Source of the DNA: Octopus bimaculoides
Lineage: Eukaryota
Direction of reading: 5' to 3'
DNA length: 64,000 nt
Assembly: GCF_001194135.2 (NCBI RefSeq)
Contig: NC_068993.1
Location: 5,344,723 to 5,408,722 of the forward strand
A program made the translations under genes and the position numbers. Of this stretch, positions 12,234 through 26,624 are shown one piece after another. Positions within the stretch are counted from its first letter, which is position 1. Every line of letters begins with the position of its first letter. Below the pieces are notes generated by a model that had not been told where the DNA came from, did no database searches, and saw only the letters and a program-made list of their open reading frames with translations.

Positions 12234-13099
12234 AGAATAAGAGAGAGAATGACACATCTTTAAGTGGGGCATTGGGAGATGTTACAGTATGATATGGGGT
12301 GGGAGAGAAAGGAGTTATTGGTGTGAAAGGGTGAGGGTGAGAGGAGTTACAGTATGATGGAAAGAATGGATATGTATATATTCTTCTATTAAACAGCAGC
12401 ATAACTATTTCAGTGTTGATTTCCATCAGCTCTTAAATAATCCACATGTAATATTTCTACTATATACCCTTATTTAGTTCACTCCCTGGTATTTTCCTTC
12501 AGTTATTTTTGTGTATTATTTATATTTCTTCCTATTTAGCATACATATTTATATTCATCTCTACGTTGAGTATTTCTATGAATCTGTCTCTCTCAGCTTT
12601 ATCGTTTGTCATCATCTCAGTTAATCTCTCATCAAATTCTCGGCCTTATATTTAGCCATTTATGTCTGAATGAACAGATATCAACTTAGAACTTATCCAT
12701 TATACATTGAGAATATATTCATTTTCTTTTTCTTTTTTTTAAACTTTTTTTTCTTTTTAATCTTTCATATTCTGAGAAGTCTACATGCAATTACCATTTT
12801 CTATCATATAGGGTACCACTTACATCAAGAAAAATTTCTTAATATTCAGAAAAGTTAATATTTTCTCAAGTACCATTCATTAAAAAACCCGCGCACATGT
12901 TAGCATCAGTTATGTCTCCCAAACAATGAAGCATATCTGCTATTCCAAAGGAACATTTCATATTCACCAGAACTAAGTTAATTGCATTCCTTGCTAAAGA
13001 AATATTAGCTTATTGTCAATTGGTTTGAAACATCTACAGCTCCATCTTTTGAGATATTGAATCATCATTGACAAATTGTATCAACCAAAATTATCATTA

Positions 13100-13103
13100 T
13101 TAC

Positions 13104-13143
<40 letters not shown>

Positions 13144-13160
13144 TATTTTTATTATTATTA

Positions 13161-13228
<68 letters not shown>
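13100..13228. repeat. (ATT)n microsatellite
   Basis: ~40 near-perfect units. Confidence 0.95.
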
Positions 13229-13230
<2 letters not shown>

Positions 13231-13395
13231 CCAGTATTTACATTAGGGGTTCAAATCCTGCAGGGGTTAGCTTTACCTTTTATCATTTAGGCTTAATGAA
13301 AACAGAGCTACTTGATTGGAGTCAAAGTAATCAACTATCCCTCTCTTACCAAATTTTAGGCTTTGTGCCTCTATAAGAAAGAATTATCATTATTA
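13231..13395 (+). mobile_element. Degenerate SINE family A copy
   Basis: ggttcaaatcctg B-box, ...aaattttaggctttgtgcctctataagaaagaattatcatt 3' end. Confidence 0.65.
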
Positions 13396-14016
13396 TCATC
13401 ATTATTATCATTACCCACAATATACATCCCTTATATAAATATCAATGTTGTATGGTGATTACTGTCACAGGCAGGGAAACTGTACTGAACCCTCTATTAC
13501 TCTGTTATAATTATAAACATGCAAACTTTAGACTATTTCTATGCATTAAACACACCACTTATGTAGATATCAATGTTGTATAGAATAGTTCTCTACATAA
13601 TACAGTTTCAACATGACTTAATCTTTGTTTCTCAATGTGTAATATTAGATTTGAAAACAAATTATGACCAGATTATAACATGATGCAGCAAGAACAGAAC
13701 TAACATAAAGAAAATTAACATGGTTTGGTGCATTTGTGTGTCTCTGTGTATGAGTGCATGTGTGTGTAGCATAGAATAATATGCATAGAATATACACTCC
13801 TGATATTTACCTATAAAAATATCTATTTTGAAGAAGCTTGCACATTTCCCAATATGAATGGAAAAATTATATTGTGATTGCAGCTTTATGTTAGGCACAA
13901 ATTGTATGCAATTGCATTCATGCTTCAGCGAAAAATCACTTCAAACCCATTTGACTAAACAATAGAATAAATATGTCTGCTGCAGAGAACGGTTAAAAAA
14001 AAAACAACCAATATAC

Positions 14017-14069
<53 letters not shown>

Positions 14070-15073
14070 TGAAAGTGTGCTGAGAGATCCAAAGAAAAAA
14101 TAGACAGTTGATGGCAAAATTACATGAATTTTTGCATATCATAAGAAACAATGTATAAAATTAATTCATGATATTAAAGCTTGAAGAGGGAACACAAAGG
14201 TAATTTTAGCAAAGTAAAAGGGAAGTGAAAAATCCAGAACAGTTGCTATAATGATCAAAAGAAGATGGAGTTATACAATAAAATAAGAGAAATTTATGGT
14301 AAACAAGAAAAGAAAGAAATTGATCTGCGATGATAATGTAGCATGATTGATTTTATGAAATGAAATTAAATGGAAAGTTCTGTGTCTGTTACCATTACAG
14401 GCGGTTGCCATTACCTTCGTTCTTGCTACAATAATGGTAACAATGTAGTTAAAAGAGATGATGTATGCAAAAATGTCATATGCGAAAAAGCAAAAAAAAG
14501 AATCTTAATTGAAATTTAAATTTTAGTTTAAAAAAAAATGAATCTAAACCCATGTGGAAACTGTTAGCAACTCGCAACAGAAAAAGTGGGGAATCACTGA
14601 CATAGAGAAAAATCTGATTTTTGTTAGCAAGCAAGGGGAGACAATTACGGGTATGTTTCAGTATATTATATCTCTTCAGCTTGTATGTATTCTGACCCAG
14701 CTTGCTGAATTTGCTGATAAAGATTCTTACATGTAGAAAATAAGTTATGAATAATAACCTTTTGGCCAATATAATTTGCATAATTAATAAGCATTATAAA
14801 ATATATTGATATGAAAGTACAACTGTATCTCCCATAATTCAACTATATATTACAAAGGGAAAGTATGGGATCATATCTACATGTTTACTACAGAGAAGAC
14901 TAAAAGTAGTATCTTCAAATTTAACAAAGGGAAAAGACGGGTTTATGTCCAAAGGTTTACTATAGGGAGGGCTGTAGGTATCTTAAATTTCAATAGTTAC
15001 TGAAAATGGAAGGACAACCCATTTAAAGCATGTTCTGTGCTTATACACATTTGGTATAAATGTTACTGTGAAA

Positions 15074-15335
15074 GCATGTGGACAAGTGGTTAAAGTGTTA
15101 GAAACACACTCATAAGGTCATGGGTTCAAGTCCTAGACCAGGCAGTACACTTGTATCCTTGGGCAAGGCACTTCGTTTCAGATTTCTCCTGCCTATTCAG
15201 ATGAAAATTAACACCCGGGAAATACTAATGCAATCTATTCTCCCACAATTTGTCACAATCTTAATGTTCCTTTGCGCCAAAGATGGGAGGGCCACGGAAG
15301 TATTTCAGTCTGCTCCCAACTACAGATGCACCTAA
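15074..15335 (+). mobile_element. tRNA-derived SINE family C
   Basis: A-box TGGACAAGTGG, B-box GGTTCAAGTCC, then tgtatccttgggcaaggcactt core shared with 22027 and 24070. Confidence 0.75.
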
Positions 15336-15635
15336 AACCCTTATCAAAAATATGACACAATCTACCAAATCATATTTGCTTGAAGTTAGGGCTAAAACAT
15401 TTATTTATCTATTTATTGCATACATGTTATCTCATTTATTTAGGATTGATATACAAATATGACTATTTAACAATGCATTTTTAATTAGTCTCTCTCTAAA
15501 TACAGAATCATTAGAGATCAAATATCTTAGGTAAATAGCTTTGTTAAATATTCACGAGGAGTAGCATATTTCTCTTCTGCGCAAGGATCTGCTTTTGTAC
15601 TATTGATATTCTTTATTCAAGAATCTGTATGTAGG

Positions 15636-15673
<38 letters not shown>

Positions 15674-16274
15674 GCATTTCTGTCTAAATTATGTCGGTAT
15701 GAAAAAGAGGCTTGATTAAATAATGGCAACAAAGATGGTAGTAGGGATAGTGTATTGACAGTGATGGTAGTAGTGGTGTTGTTGATAGTGACAGCGATAG
15801 TGGCAGTTGTGTGTGTTGGTGATGCTGCTGCTGCTGATGATGATTATGATGGTGGTGGTGGTGGTGGTGGTGTTGAGGGTTTGAGGATGATGTTGATTCA
15901 AGTTAGCATTACATTTCATTTCTAAGCTGATATTTACTGCTTCCATATGCACAATGATTCTTCCAAACTATTTAAAAGCCATAATTATATATTCATAAAT
16001 GATAACCCAAAGGATTTAATAAATTAATTGTTCAAGAAATGTTCAAAGGAACTAATCCTCAATTTCAATTACCATACAAGTTATATGTAGCATTTAAAAT
16101 TAGTTGCCTATTACAGGTTAAAAGAAACAAGTAGATGCAGTAATAAAATTAAATCTTCCCCCACTTTAATAGACAGCAGCCCAGGTTCAGGAAACTTTCT
16201 ATTATAGAGGTTCAGAGGTGCTGTCTTCAAGCTCCAACATTTCTTAATATACCATACCAGGATCATAGTTATGA

Positions 16275-16650
16275 AAGATTGACCGTTATGTAAACCTCCT
16301 CGAGAAATGTGAAGACGCAGGCTGGAAAGCGGAGCGTTTTCCATTCGAAGTTGGATGTAGAGGGTTTGTAGGACACAGTGTGAGACGACTGCTGTTATCG
16401 TTAGGCCTAACTCATCGTAAGGTAAATACCACCATGAGTGATATCCAAACTACAGTGGAGAAGGCTAACCACTGGATTTGGTTAAAAAGAGACGATGAGC
16501 GATGGCTAGAGAACTATTGAGCTTTGTTTTTAATAACCAGTTGATCTAGCAAGTGGGGCCTCATATCAGTGAGGGGGTGCGGTGTGCATTGATGCCGTCG
16601 AGAGGTAGGCCCCGAAACGGCGCGCATTCTCTCCTGATGACCCTATATAC
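16275..16650 (+). mobile_element. 3' fragment of an RLE-type non-LTR retrotransposon (R2/NeSL/HERO-like): endonuclease C-terminus plus 3' UTR
   Basis: Open frame 16275-16520: KIDRYVNLLEKCEDAGWKAERFPFEVGCRGFVGHSVRRLLLSLG...ANHWIWLKRDDERWLENY*. The EVGCRGF and WIWL motifs are typical of restriction-like endonuclease domains; the segment is GC-rich against background. Confidence 0.8.
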
Positions 16651-16884
16651 TTGCTGGCTTCCGGTATGCGGAGTTCTCGACTGGTAGCACTTGCATGTGC
16701 GAGTTGTTTGCAAGACATCACATATATGTTTCATACTACTAATTATAAAATGTTGACTGCTAAGATGAGTTATTTTGCATGTCATCAGTACCCTCACAAG
16801 GCTGAAGATTTCACTGGCCAGTTTGACCATAAAACTGGTAGAATATGTAGGCTGGCTGTGGTCTATTTAAATGTTAAAGGGTGG

Positions 16885-17030
16885 CATTGAGTTTAGATTG
16901 ACTTAGCCCTTTATTGCCCCACGGTCAATAGAATAAGTACCAGTTGCAGACAAAGGTCGATACCATTGACTCTACCCCCACTTTCCTCTAAATTTCTGGC
17001 TCTCTGCTTATGTAAGAAATTATTTTCTTC
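16885..17030 (+). mobile_element. Degenerate SINE family A copy
   Basis: gtcaatagaataagtaccagttg...gtcgataccattgact...aaatttctggc, homologous to the other A copies. Confidence 0.55.
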
Positions 17031-17329
17031 TTCGTTATTATCTTCAATTTAGTGTTTTAATTTCTGTATTGAAAGAAATAGGTTAAATAATATTTAAAAC
17101 AAATAAAACAAACATAAAAACAAATAATAAATAAAATTTTTTGACAATTTTTCATATAACAAAACTCATTAAAATGTCTTGTTTTCTTTCGTTTTTATTC
17201 TTAATTTTTATTATATTTTATATATATATTTTTTGTTAACTATTAATCTTCAATTTTACCTCAAAAGCAAGCTTTTAGCTCAGAGTATGAGCCAAAGTTG
17301 ATTTCAATCTAACAAAGGAGCAGCAACTG

Positions 17330-17540
17330 ATTACTCAACGTGCTAGAACTAGCAGCTAAATCTGTCTAAAATGACAGTCTATGGTCTTAAGGAGCAAGGA
17401 TACAATAGACAAGAACAAAATCTCATCTTAAATGTATTATGACTAAAAGTAAGGGTTGGAAGGTCAAAGCTAAAAAAAAAACCAATGATTGTTCAGTAAG
17501 AGCTAACTCAGGGCTAAAAAAACAACAACAATAACAACAA
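17330..17540 (+). mobile_element. Interspersed repeat family E with (AAC)n tail (other copies 33385-33600 on -, 39985-40160 on +)
   Basis: Shared agcagctaaat...ctaaacaacaac ends across three loci. Confidence 0.6.
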
Positions 17541-17883
17541 CATTTAGTTGAATGTTAAAAGCAAAAATTTATTGATAAACTATGTTTTAGCTGTGAAATC
17601 TGTCAAAAGAAACACCGAAAAGTTATTTGATAGCTTGCCAAGAAAAAATTAAAAAATAGAAGCAAATAGGAAATAAAAAAATAAAAATTAGGTGTTTCAC
17701 ATTAATCTTTTAAAACCAATTTAAATAAATTTATTCTTGGTCTGCGTATGATTTAGAATTTCTTATATTTCGAGTTAATTCACAATTGAGTGAATAACAT
17801 GTCTTTTATACACTAAGACTATTATTTTAAAATAATAAAAAATATAACACATTTAAATGGAAATTTTTAAAAATTATTGACGA

Positions 17884-18010
<127 letters not shown>

Positions 18011-19415
18011 TTGAATCAGGTCTTATATTTATAACAGGATATAACTATTATTATTATTCCATTTCTCATAATTTCTCTTTTTTTCTCCCTTCTTCTTACA
18101 TCAGCCCCCTGAGACCTGGGTAAGAAAATTGCATGAAAACATATGTAGTTTCACTCTCTATACCTCATTGAACCATGTTAAACCCTTAATCTAATCTTCT
18201 TGATATACTAGCGTGATTATCATTTAACTTCTCAGTTAATAACTTTAGTGGAATGCATTGTGTTGCATTGTATCTTCTTAGTTTTTTCTTGTAAAATATG
18301 TCATACAAATTTACCAAAGAAATTTCATCTACTACCAATGTCTTCTTTCTTTCTATCTTTTTTTTTAGTTATCAAGGAGAAAATGAAATGATTAACATTT
18401 TTAACAAAAAATGATAACAACAATAATAATAATTAAATTTTGATGTTTAACAAAACCATTACTTTCAGTTTCATTTTTCAGCAAATAGTTTATAATATCA
18501 TTGAAAAATAGCTAACGAATCTTAGCTTAAAGTTAGAATATTATACATATTATATTATATTTTATATATATATATGTGTATATCTTGACCTGTAAATTTC
18601 CTTTTAGGTCAAATCCTGCTTTGAAACAAAAAAATTTTTTTACAAGGATCAGCTTAATTAGATTTAATTAAACTGAGGGTTTAATATATATATTTTTTCA
18701 TCACATGCAGTCAACATTATATTTATTAATTTATCAGTTTTGATCAAAATACAGCTCTTGATGTAGAAACACAGATCCACTTGACACTATGATAGTATTT
18801 TCCTTTGTTTTGTATCTACTGTTTCACTTACTTCACTAATGGAGTACTCATTCCATATCTACAGATTGTAAACACACTAACGTGAAAATATTTCATTTTT
18901 GTGTCAATGATTCACCATATTAATACAAGTACTCCTTTGATAATGAATATTTGTCATTTTCACTAATTGATGTATTCCTGCATCTAACAGCTATCATCAG
19001 TGAGAGTGTCTTTCTGTCCCACTTTTTAAACTTTATTTCAAGGTTTCATTCACTATTGTGTTAATTCTTTTTAAATCTTCAGTTCACTTACTCCATTAAC
19101 GCTAATAATCTTTCTAAGACCATAATGAAAGCTAATCAGCTTTGTGAGACCAAATAGTGATTTTTGTTTGCTTTTTTTTTTTTTTTTTTTTACACTTAAT
19201 GTTATTGTTTTTTTTTTGCCATTGTAATTGTTAATGAATATTGCTGATTATTAATAACATATGATACAAATAATATTCACTGTTACATATCTATATTTAA
19301 ATTTCTTTTGTACTACTTTTTTGTTATTTTTTTCTTTATGATAAATGAATTTAGACTGAAACATCTAATTTTATTTTACAGTGGCCCATACATATGTTTA
19401 TAGGAGTTACTCTGA

Positions 19416-19446
<31 letters not shown>

Positions 19447-21045
19447 TGTGTGTGTAAGTGTGTGTGTATATGTATGTATGTGCAAGTGTTCATATGTGTA
19501 TGGTGAAAATAATGAACAATCAACATTAGAGTTATAACTATCCACAATGGTATTACAGAAGGAAGTCATTTACCAGTAATTTCTGTATTTTTCATAATCG
19601 TTTTCCTTACTGCATCATCAAGTGATTGGACAATCCTTGGTCATTTTCTTACAAGTGCTATGGGCTTCACATGGAACTTTCTCATCATAGAATACAAAGG
19701 AGGTCTCGTATTGTCATCTTATTTCACAAAAATGTCTTATTTTTGGTTAGATATTGACAAGTTTCATGCCTATCTGGGCACTCGCAGAACAATTGTCATG
19801 ATCCCGGAAGGATAAAAGGCAAACGTGGTTGCAGCAGAATTTAAACTTGAAAAAAATATTGCATGGCATTTTGTTCAATGTTCTTTCAATTCTGGTATTT
19901 TACCACCTTTGAAATAAACTAAGAAACCTAAGATGGAACAGAACATGGAATTCTAAAGTAAACAAATCCATGTTTAGTGCATGTTATTTTGGTAAGATTT
20001 AAAATAGATTTTATTTGTGAAAGAGAGAGAAATATTTTGATGATATATAAAGAATAAAAATATGAATAAAAGATTTGAAAATAAGAATATTTTAAATTGC
20101 AATTATTAATAGAAATGTCAATAAAACATGATGAATGGAGTAATGATTAATAATCACATTATTGGAAAGACAAAGTTATTTATAGGTGTATGCTTGTTTT
20201 CTGCTGTTTCTTTTATATTCCCATAGAGTGAATAGGGAAAACATATACACATCTAATGTCATGTGTTGGCTTTCATAAAGTAAATAGTTGTTTAAAGGCG
20301 TAGTGTAATTTCTATGAAATATCTATGAAATATCTAAGGTTACTAATTTGCTGGAATACATGAGCCAGAAAGATGTTGAGGAATTCACTATTTTGAAAAC
20401 TGTTAATTTCTAGGGCTTGGCATTAAGACAGTGTGCTGTGGAATTGGCAAAAGGAAAGAAAATACAGCAAAATTGATAGAGGATTTCTTGGAGTTTGATG
20501 TCATTGTGGATGTCATATTACTGTTGGATATGTAAAAGAAGAGCTTATAAATTGACAGCCAATGATTGTTTTATTTTGAACTTGATAATTCAGCAGAGTA
20601 ATTTAATCGAAATTTAGGACAATTTTATTAATTAGTTTTCTACAATAACATAATACTTTCTTGAAAGTGCTAATTTTGTGAATTTGTCACTTTAGAATAA
20701 GTTTATGAAATAAATTAGCTTTAAATACTCTCACATGTGATTTTAGAGGAATTTTCTTTAAATGAAATATACGATTATAATTATAAATTAATTACACAGT
20801 GTTTAAGTCACTCCAATTAGTGAAAGATCGATTTAAGTCATTCTGATTAGTGTGAGATTGATTAACAAATTCACATCTCCGTTTTTATTAGACCATACTG
20901 AATGACTTGACATTTTGAATCACTTAGTATATATTGGAAGACTTTAGTTAAAATGGATTATTAAGAGGGATGGTTCTGAAAAGTAGATCCAATGCTCATA
21001 TAACGGTGTGTGTATATACATTTATATATGTATATATATATGTAC

Positions 21046-21090
<45 letters not shown>

Positions 21091-21245
21091 NNNNNNNNNN
21101 NNNNNNNNNNNNNNNNNNNNNNNNNNNNNNNNNNNNNNNNNNNNNNNNNNNNNNNNNNNNNNNNNNNNNNNNNNNNNNNNNNNNNNNNNNNNNNNNNNNN
21201 NNNNNNNNNNNNNNNNNNNNNNNNNNNNNNNNNNNNNNNNNNNNN

Positions 21246-21313
<68 letters not shown>

Positions 21314-22026
21314 CACTCTGGTCAACATTATTCCCTATTTAAGTGACACTGATCCTTAATAACAGCCTAAGACCATTAACCTGAACAGTTATGGTTTATT
21401 TAATTGGTAAATATCGTAGAATCAATACGTCTGAAAAGATCTACTGATCGAGATAGATTTTAAAAGTATTTAACAGGATTACGCAAAAAGCTTTTAGAAA
21501 GTTAAGAGATAGCTTAATAAGTGAATCTTATTTAGATAATTCAATGTAGTCTTTTATTACTTTAGAATGCAGATGCTGTCTGCACAGAATTACTCAAATA
21601 TCGAAATGTGCCAGATGCACATAATATTTATTGATAATATTTATAATTCGACGCAAAAATAGATCAAGCAATCATATACGCTATTATCTGTTTATTGCAG
21701 CAAAATAGAATGATATTATGTGGTATCTTTTCTTAGACATGAAATATAGTTAAGGAAGAAATATAGTCAATAGGCTTAACTCTGCTACAGTATTATTGGT
21801 GCATGTTTATGCAGTATTAGGATTCATCTTAGTCATTGTAATGTGATGATAGTTTAATCCAGCTCAAGATTAAGTAAAACTAAATTAAATACTCTAAGCC
21901 ATGTCTCATATGATTCATATTGTCATTTTTGTTACTAATCTAAAAATAAATGTATTACAGGACACTTGTGGATCAGAGGTTTGGGATGCTATTTACAAAA
22001 TTAATTCTGGCAAACATTTCATTTCA

Positions 22027-22260
22027 GTGGAGTTACATGGTTTAGTGTGTTGCACTCATGATCGTAAGGTTGTGATTTCAATTCCTGAACTGGGTAATAT
22101 ATTGTGTTCTTGAGCAAGACACTTCATTTCAGGTCGCTCCAATCCATTCAGCTGGTAAAAGTGAGTAAACTCTGCAATGAGCTAGCATCCCATTCAGAGA
22201 GGCAGACATATGCCAGAGAAACCAGGAATCTGGCCCTATGCTCCTTATGGAGTAAATGTA
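22027..22260 (+). mobile_element. tRNA-derived SINE family C, degenerate
   Basis: cgtaaggttgtgatttcaattcc...tgtgttcttgagcaagacacttcatttc...ccattcagctgg, shared with 24070. Confidence 0.7.
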
Positions 22261-23261
22261 AACTAACTAACATTTCATTTCATCTACATCATGTCAATGC
22301 CTAGCTTAAATATATGAATGGTTCTAAAAGGATATAGGTTTAACCATTTTGATACCAACTCACCAGAAACTATTCCTAGTTCTATGATATAAATTCCTTC
22401 TTTTGCAGTGATCTAAATTAACGCCTTCCACAAAAATTTCATGTTGATTTAAATTTCAAACAGCAGCGTAATAATGACAAATATATTTTACTAAATTCTT
22501 TATTATTTTCAAAATTGCTTAAAATAAAGGCAGAAATATTGTAACAAAATGGCTGGACAGAAGATGTTTGTTAAAATGTTTGAAAGATGACATCAGGGAA
22601 AAGAGATTTTTATAATGTGGGACATTATCAAACATCCAAGTCAATAGAGGTGAATTACTTTATATTAAATGAAAACGACAAAAAAAAAATGCAGTTTTTC
22701 TATGGATTTCACATTTAATAAAAATCGATATTGGGTGCCATTTATAAATGGTAAATTTATGTACTGTTTTGAATAGATGGTGTTTTCTGGTATCACATGC
22801 ATGAAAATTATAGTTGAAGCATATGTAGATAGTAGAATGTCTAAAATGTCAATGACTGTTCTGAGTGAAAGGGCTTTTTTGCCTGTAAAAATGGACATTA
22901 ATTTTTTGTACCTATTACTATAACTGAGCTTAAAAATTTATTAGTTTTACTAAATGTTAACAAAACCTATTTAAATCTTATTATGTTTATATTCACATTA
23001 CCAGTTTTTGTAGCAGAATGGCTACTAATCTATTAATGTTAATATTCAAATATAGAAAATTATTCACTCTATTGAAAGGCTAATACTTTTCAGTTAGTTC
23101 ATTTTCAAAAATTGAAGCTGTTTATTAGGGTTCGGTTCCAACTTTTAGCTCATCTAATGAATACCAGTGAGCTTCTGTAGCTATTTTATCTTATTTATAC
23201 CCTGCCATCCCATCATCTACTTTCTTCGTTGATGCTGAAGTAAAATTTACAGTTACATTAA

Positions 23262-23483
23262 CCCTTTTGATACCAACCCAGCTGAAACTGCCTCTGGCTC
23301 TGTACTACAAATGTTTTGTTTTGATAAGTTCTGAATTAAAATCTTCCACCAAACCTTAGTCACAATTTATGTTCCTAACACTAGCTGAATGATAACTAAG
23401 TTATTTTACTAAATCCTTTGTTATATTTAAAATCAATTGAGAGAAACGCAGAGCATCTCAACAGAAATATGATAACAAAAGGG
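23262..23483 (+). mobile_element. Complete piggyBac-like MITE
   Basis: TTAA|CCCTTTTG ... CAAAAGGG|TTAA: terminal inverted repeats with TTAA duplication at 23258-23261 and 23484-23487. Confidence 0.85.
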
Positions 23484-24069
23484 TTAATGACTTTTAAGTT
23501 TTTTTACTTAACATTTCATTTAAAGAAACTGATGTGAAAACTTTAGTAAATTCTTTCATATATCAACAATGGTATCAAGATTTAAATTCCATGATAAAAT
23601 CTAATCTAAACTTTTTCACCCAGCACATACTACTCTACCAAACATAAATTAGCAGTCTTTTTCTCACCACTTATTTATATTGTTTGGGTTATATATTCTG
23701 TTATACTTTGTTCTATGAAATGATGATATATATTCTGATATTCATGTACTTCACCTTATCACTCATTATTCACAGTTGATTTATTTTAAGCACTTATTAT
23801 TCATTCAGATCTTATATTTAAGTTGATTTATTTTAAACAACTTATTGGTGTCTTCTCAAATGCTTATCCTATCTTCGATGGTTTTCTTTAATATTTAACA
23901 TCTTTTGTTCAAATTTTAACTAACCATTGAAGAAATTTCTAAGAAAAATAAATTAAATAACAAAACATAAAATCTTGATATTTCCAGAATATTCTCCTCT
24001 GATATCATTAAGCAAATTACTGATGGTTATTTGATGCCATTATCGTCTTTTGTAATCCAATCAAATGAA

Positions 24070-24315
24070 GGCACATGGTTCAGTGGTTAGGGTGTTCAGC
24101 TCACGACTGTAAGGTCATGTGTTCGATTTCTGGTAGCAGATTGTGTCCTTGAGCAAGGACACTTTATTTCACATTGTTCCAGTCCACTCAGCTGGCAGAA
24201 ATGGGTTGTACCTGTAATTCAAGGGGCCAACCTTGTCACATTCTGTGTCATACTGAATCTCCCTCAGAACTATGTTAAAGGTACATGTGTCTGTGGAGTA
24301 CTCAGCCATTTGCTC
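24070..24315 (+). mobile_element. tRNA-derived SINE family C
   Basis: A-box TGGTTCAGTGG, B-box GTTCGATTTC, core tgtgtccttgagcaaggacactt. Confidence 0.85.
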
Positions 24316-24862
24316 GTCAGTTTCACAAACAGGCTGTTCCATTGATCGGATTGCCTGCAACACTCATTGTCATAACCAGTGGAGAGCCAATATTTCATCC
24401 AATCAAAAACGAATACCATCTCTTTTCACAGAACTTCTAGTTCTTCTAAAAGTAATGAAATTTTATAATTAAAATGATATAAAAACTAGCAAAAAGTTGC
24501 ATCTTATTTTATCATCACTAAATCATCGTTTTTACTAACTTTGATAAGGTTTCATAATTACTAGTTCCTTTCTTTTGGTTGACCTTGATCAACTCATTTT
24601 ATAATTACACAAATACATAGATATTTATACAAATACTAACATAATATGAACAGAGATAAAGGCCTTTTTCTGATAAGAAACGAAGGATTTTTTCTTAGCA
24701 GAGATTATGTGCATGTGTGTGATGTGTATATATATATATATATATAGAGNNNNNNNNNNNNNNNNNNNNNNNNNNNNNNNNNNNNNNNNNNNNNNNNNNN
24801 NNNNNNNNNNNNNNNNNNNNNNNNNNNNNNNNNNNNNNNNNNNNNNNNNNNNNNNNNNNNNN

Positions 24863-24905
<43 letters not shown>

Positions 24906-25424
24906 TGAGCATATATATGTACACACATGCAAATTACGTGTATTTTTCATAATTTTTTTATTAACTTCATCTCGTACTTGATATGGTTATGCTTGGTTAC
25001 TAGTGTCAATAATATGGTACCACTTTGTGCTATTCTGGTATTTAGTAGATAAAAAGTTTGAGGAAGTTTATTTCTCTTGTATCTGTTGTCAGGAATATTC
25101 TAGATACATCCAAGATCTGGCATTGCCAATTTTCTATGTATAACTTAGAAGTTACAAAGTCAGTTTTAGGAAATTCCTAAAGGAATTTTAGAAAAATATT
25201 GAATAAATGAAGGATTTCTTATCTGGCAATGTTGGAAGTTTATATCCAAAATTGGAATAGGCATATTCTGGGATCTGTAGGTAGAATAGTGAGCATTCTA
25301 AGAATTGTAATGGTGTCTAAATACATAGTTTGATGCCAATTCCACTTAAGATATTGCAAATATTATTATTACAACATCACAAGTGGAAATGCTTAAGTAA
25401 AGCTTATGTAACTGGTATGTGTCT

Positions 25425-25538
<114 letters not shown>

Positions 25539-26206
25539 TATATATACATACATATTGTATATATATCATATATACACATCTATTATACTCTATAATACAT
25601 ATATGTATATACATATATAACATATATTATATATTGTATATACAGATATATTATAGATATGATATATATGTGTACATTATATATATTATATATGTGTACA
25701 TTATATATATTATATATGTATGATTATATATATATATAAGAAACATGAGTTTAAATTGCTCTCTAATTCTTCCCAAATAATAACAAAATATGACCTATGT
25801 AAATGTTTCGCCTTCAGGAAATACATTATCAGTGACAAATTCAAAAGATAATTTACATTATGTATCTGATTGTCATTCTCTTGGAGTAATTTAACCAATT
25901 CTTTCAGTATTTTGAAAATTCAATAAAGTTCCAATAGCACTAAATTTGAAATTAATATAATCCAAATTTAAGTGGCAACAACAATAAAAACAAGTTTAGT
26001 TTTAGGGTATTTTATTGTTTTAAATATACCCAAATTACCTTTGATTTGCCTTTATGATTTTTAAAATGGAATAGCTATTGCTATAATTCCAAATTGACAG
26101 AACTTTAAATTGATTTGAATTATCTTTATATATTAGAATGGAAAATATACCCCTACCCACATACACAGATATGCATAAGCGCACATAGATATATACACAT
26201 GAATGC

Positions 26207-26264
<58 letters not shown>

Positions 26265-26567
26265 CTTAGGCATATTATTGGGTTATTTACAGATTCACAA
26301 TTCTTGGAATTTCATTCTTCCCGTATTACCATTCTTTCTGTTTCTCTTATGAGATTCAGTTATGCATGACGTTTGCCAAGTGAAATAATTAGAGAATAGT
26401 GAATCATTTCATCATATATTTTCTATCATACACTGATGCACACACACCACACACATGCACATACATACATAAATAAATAAATACACACATATATTAATTA
26501 TATATACATATATATATACACACACACACACACACATATGCACATACACATACATGTACATATATAA

Positions 26568-26624
<57 letters not shown>

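Noticed and set aside
16614-16640. GAAAC ... CTGATGA read as a type II hammerhead
   Set aside because: No GUH triplet or helix III/I can be formed between them; reported only as an unclassified structure.
24070-24135. tRNA-like sequence with A and B boxes
   Set aside because: Continues into a shared repeat body and lacks an intact cloverleaf; it is a SINE head, not a tRNA gene. The same applies at 15074, 37007, 58775 and 59445.
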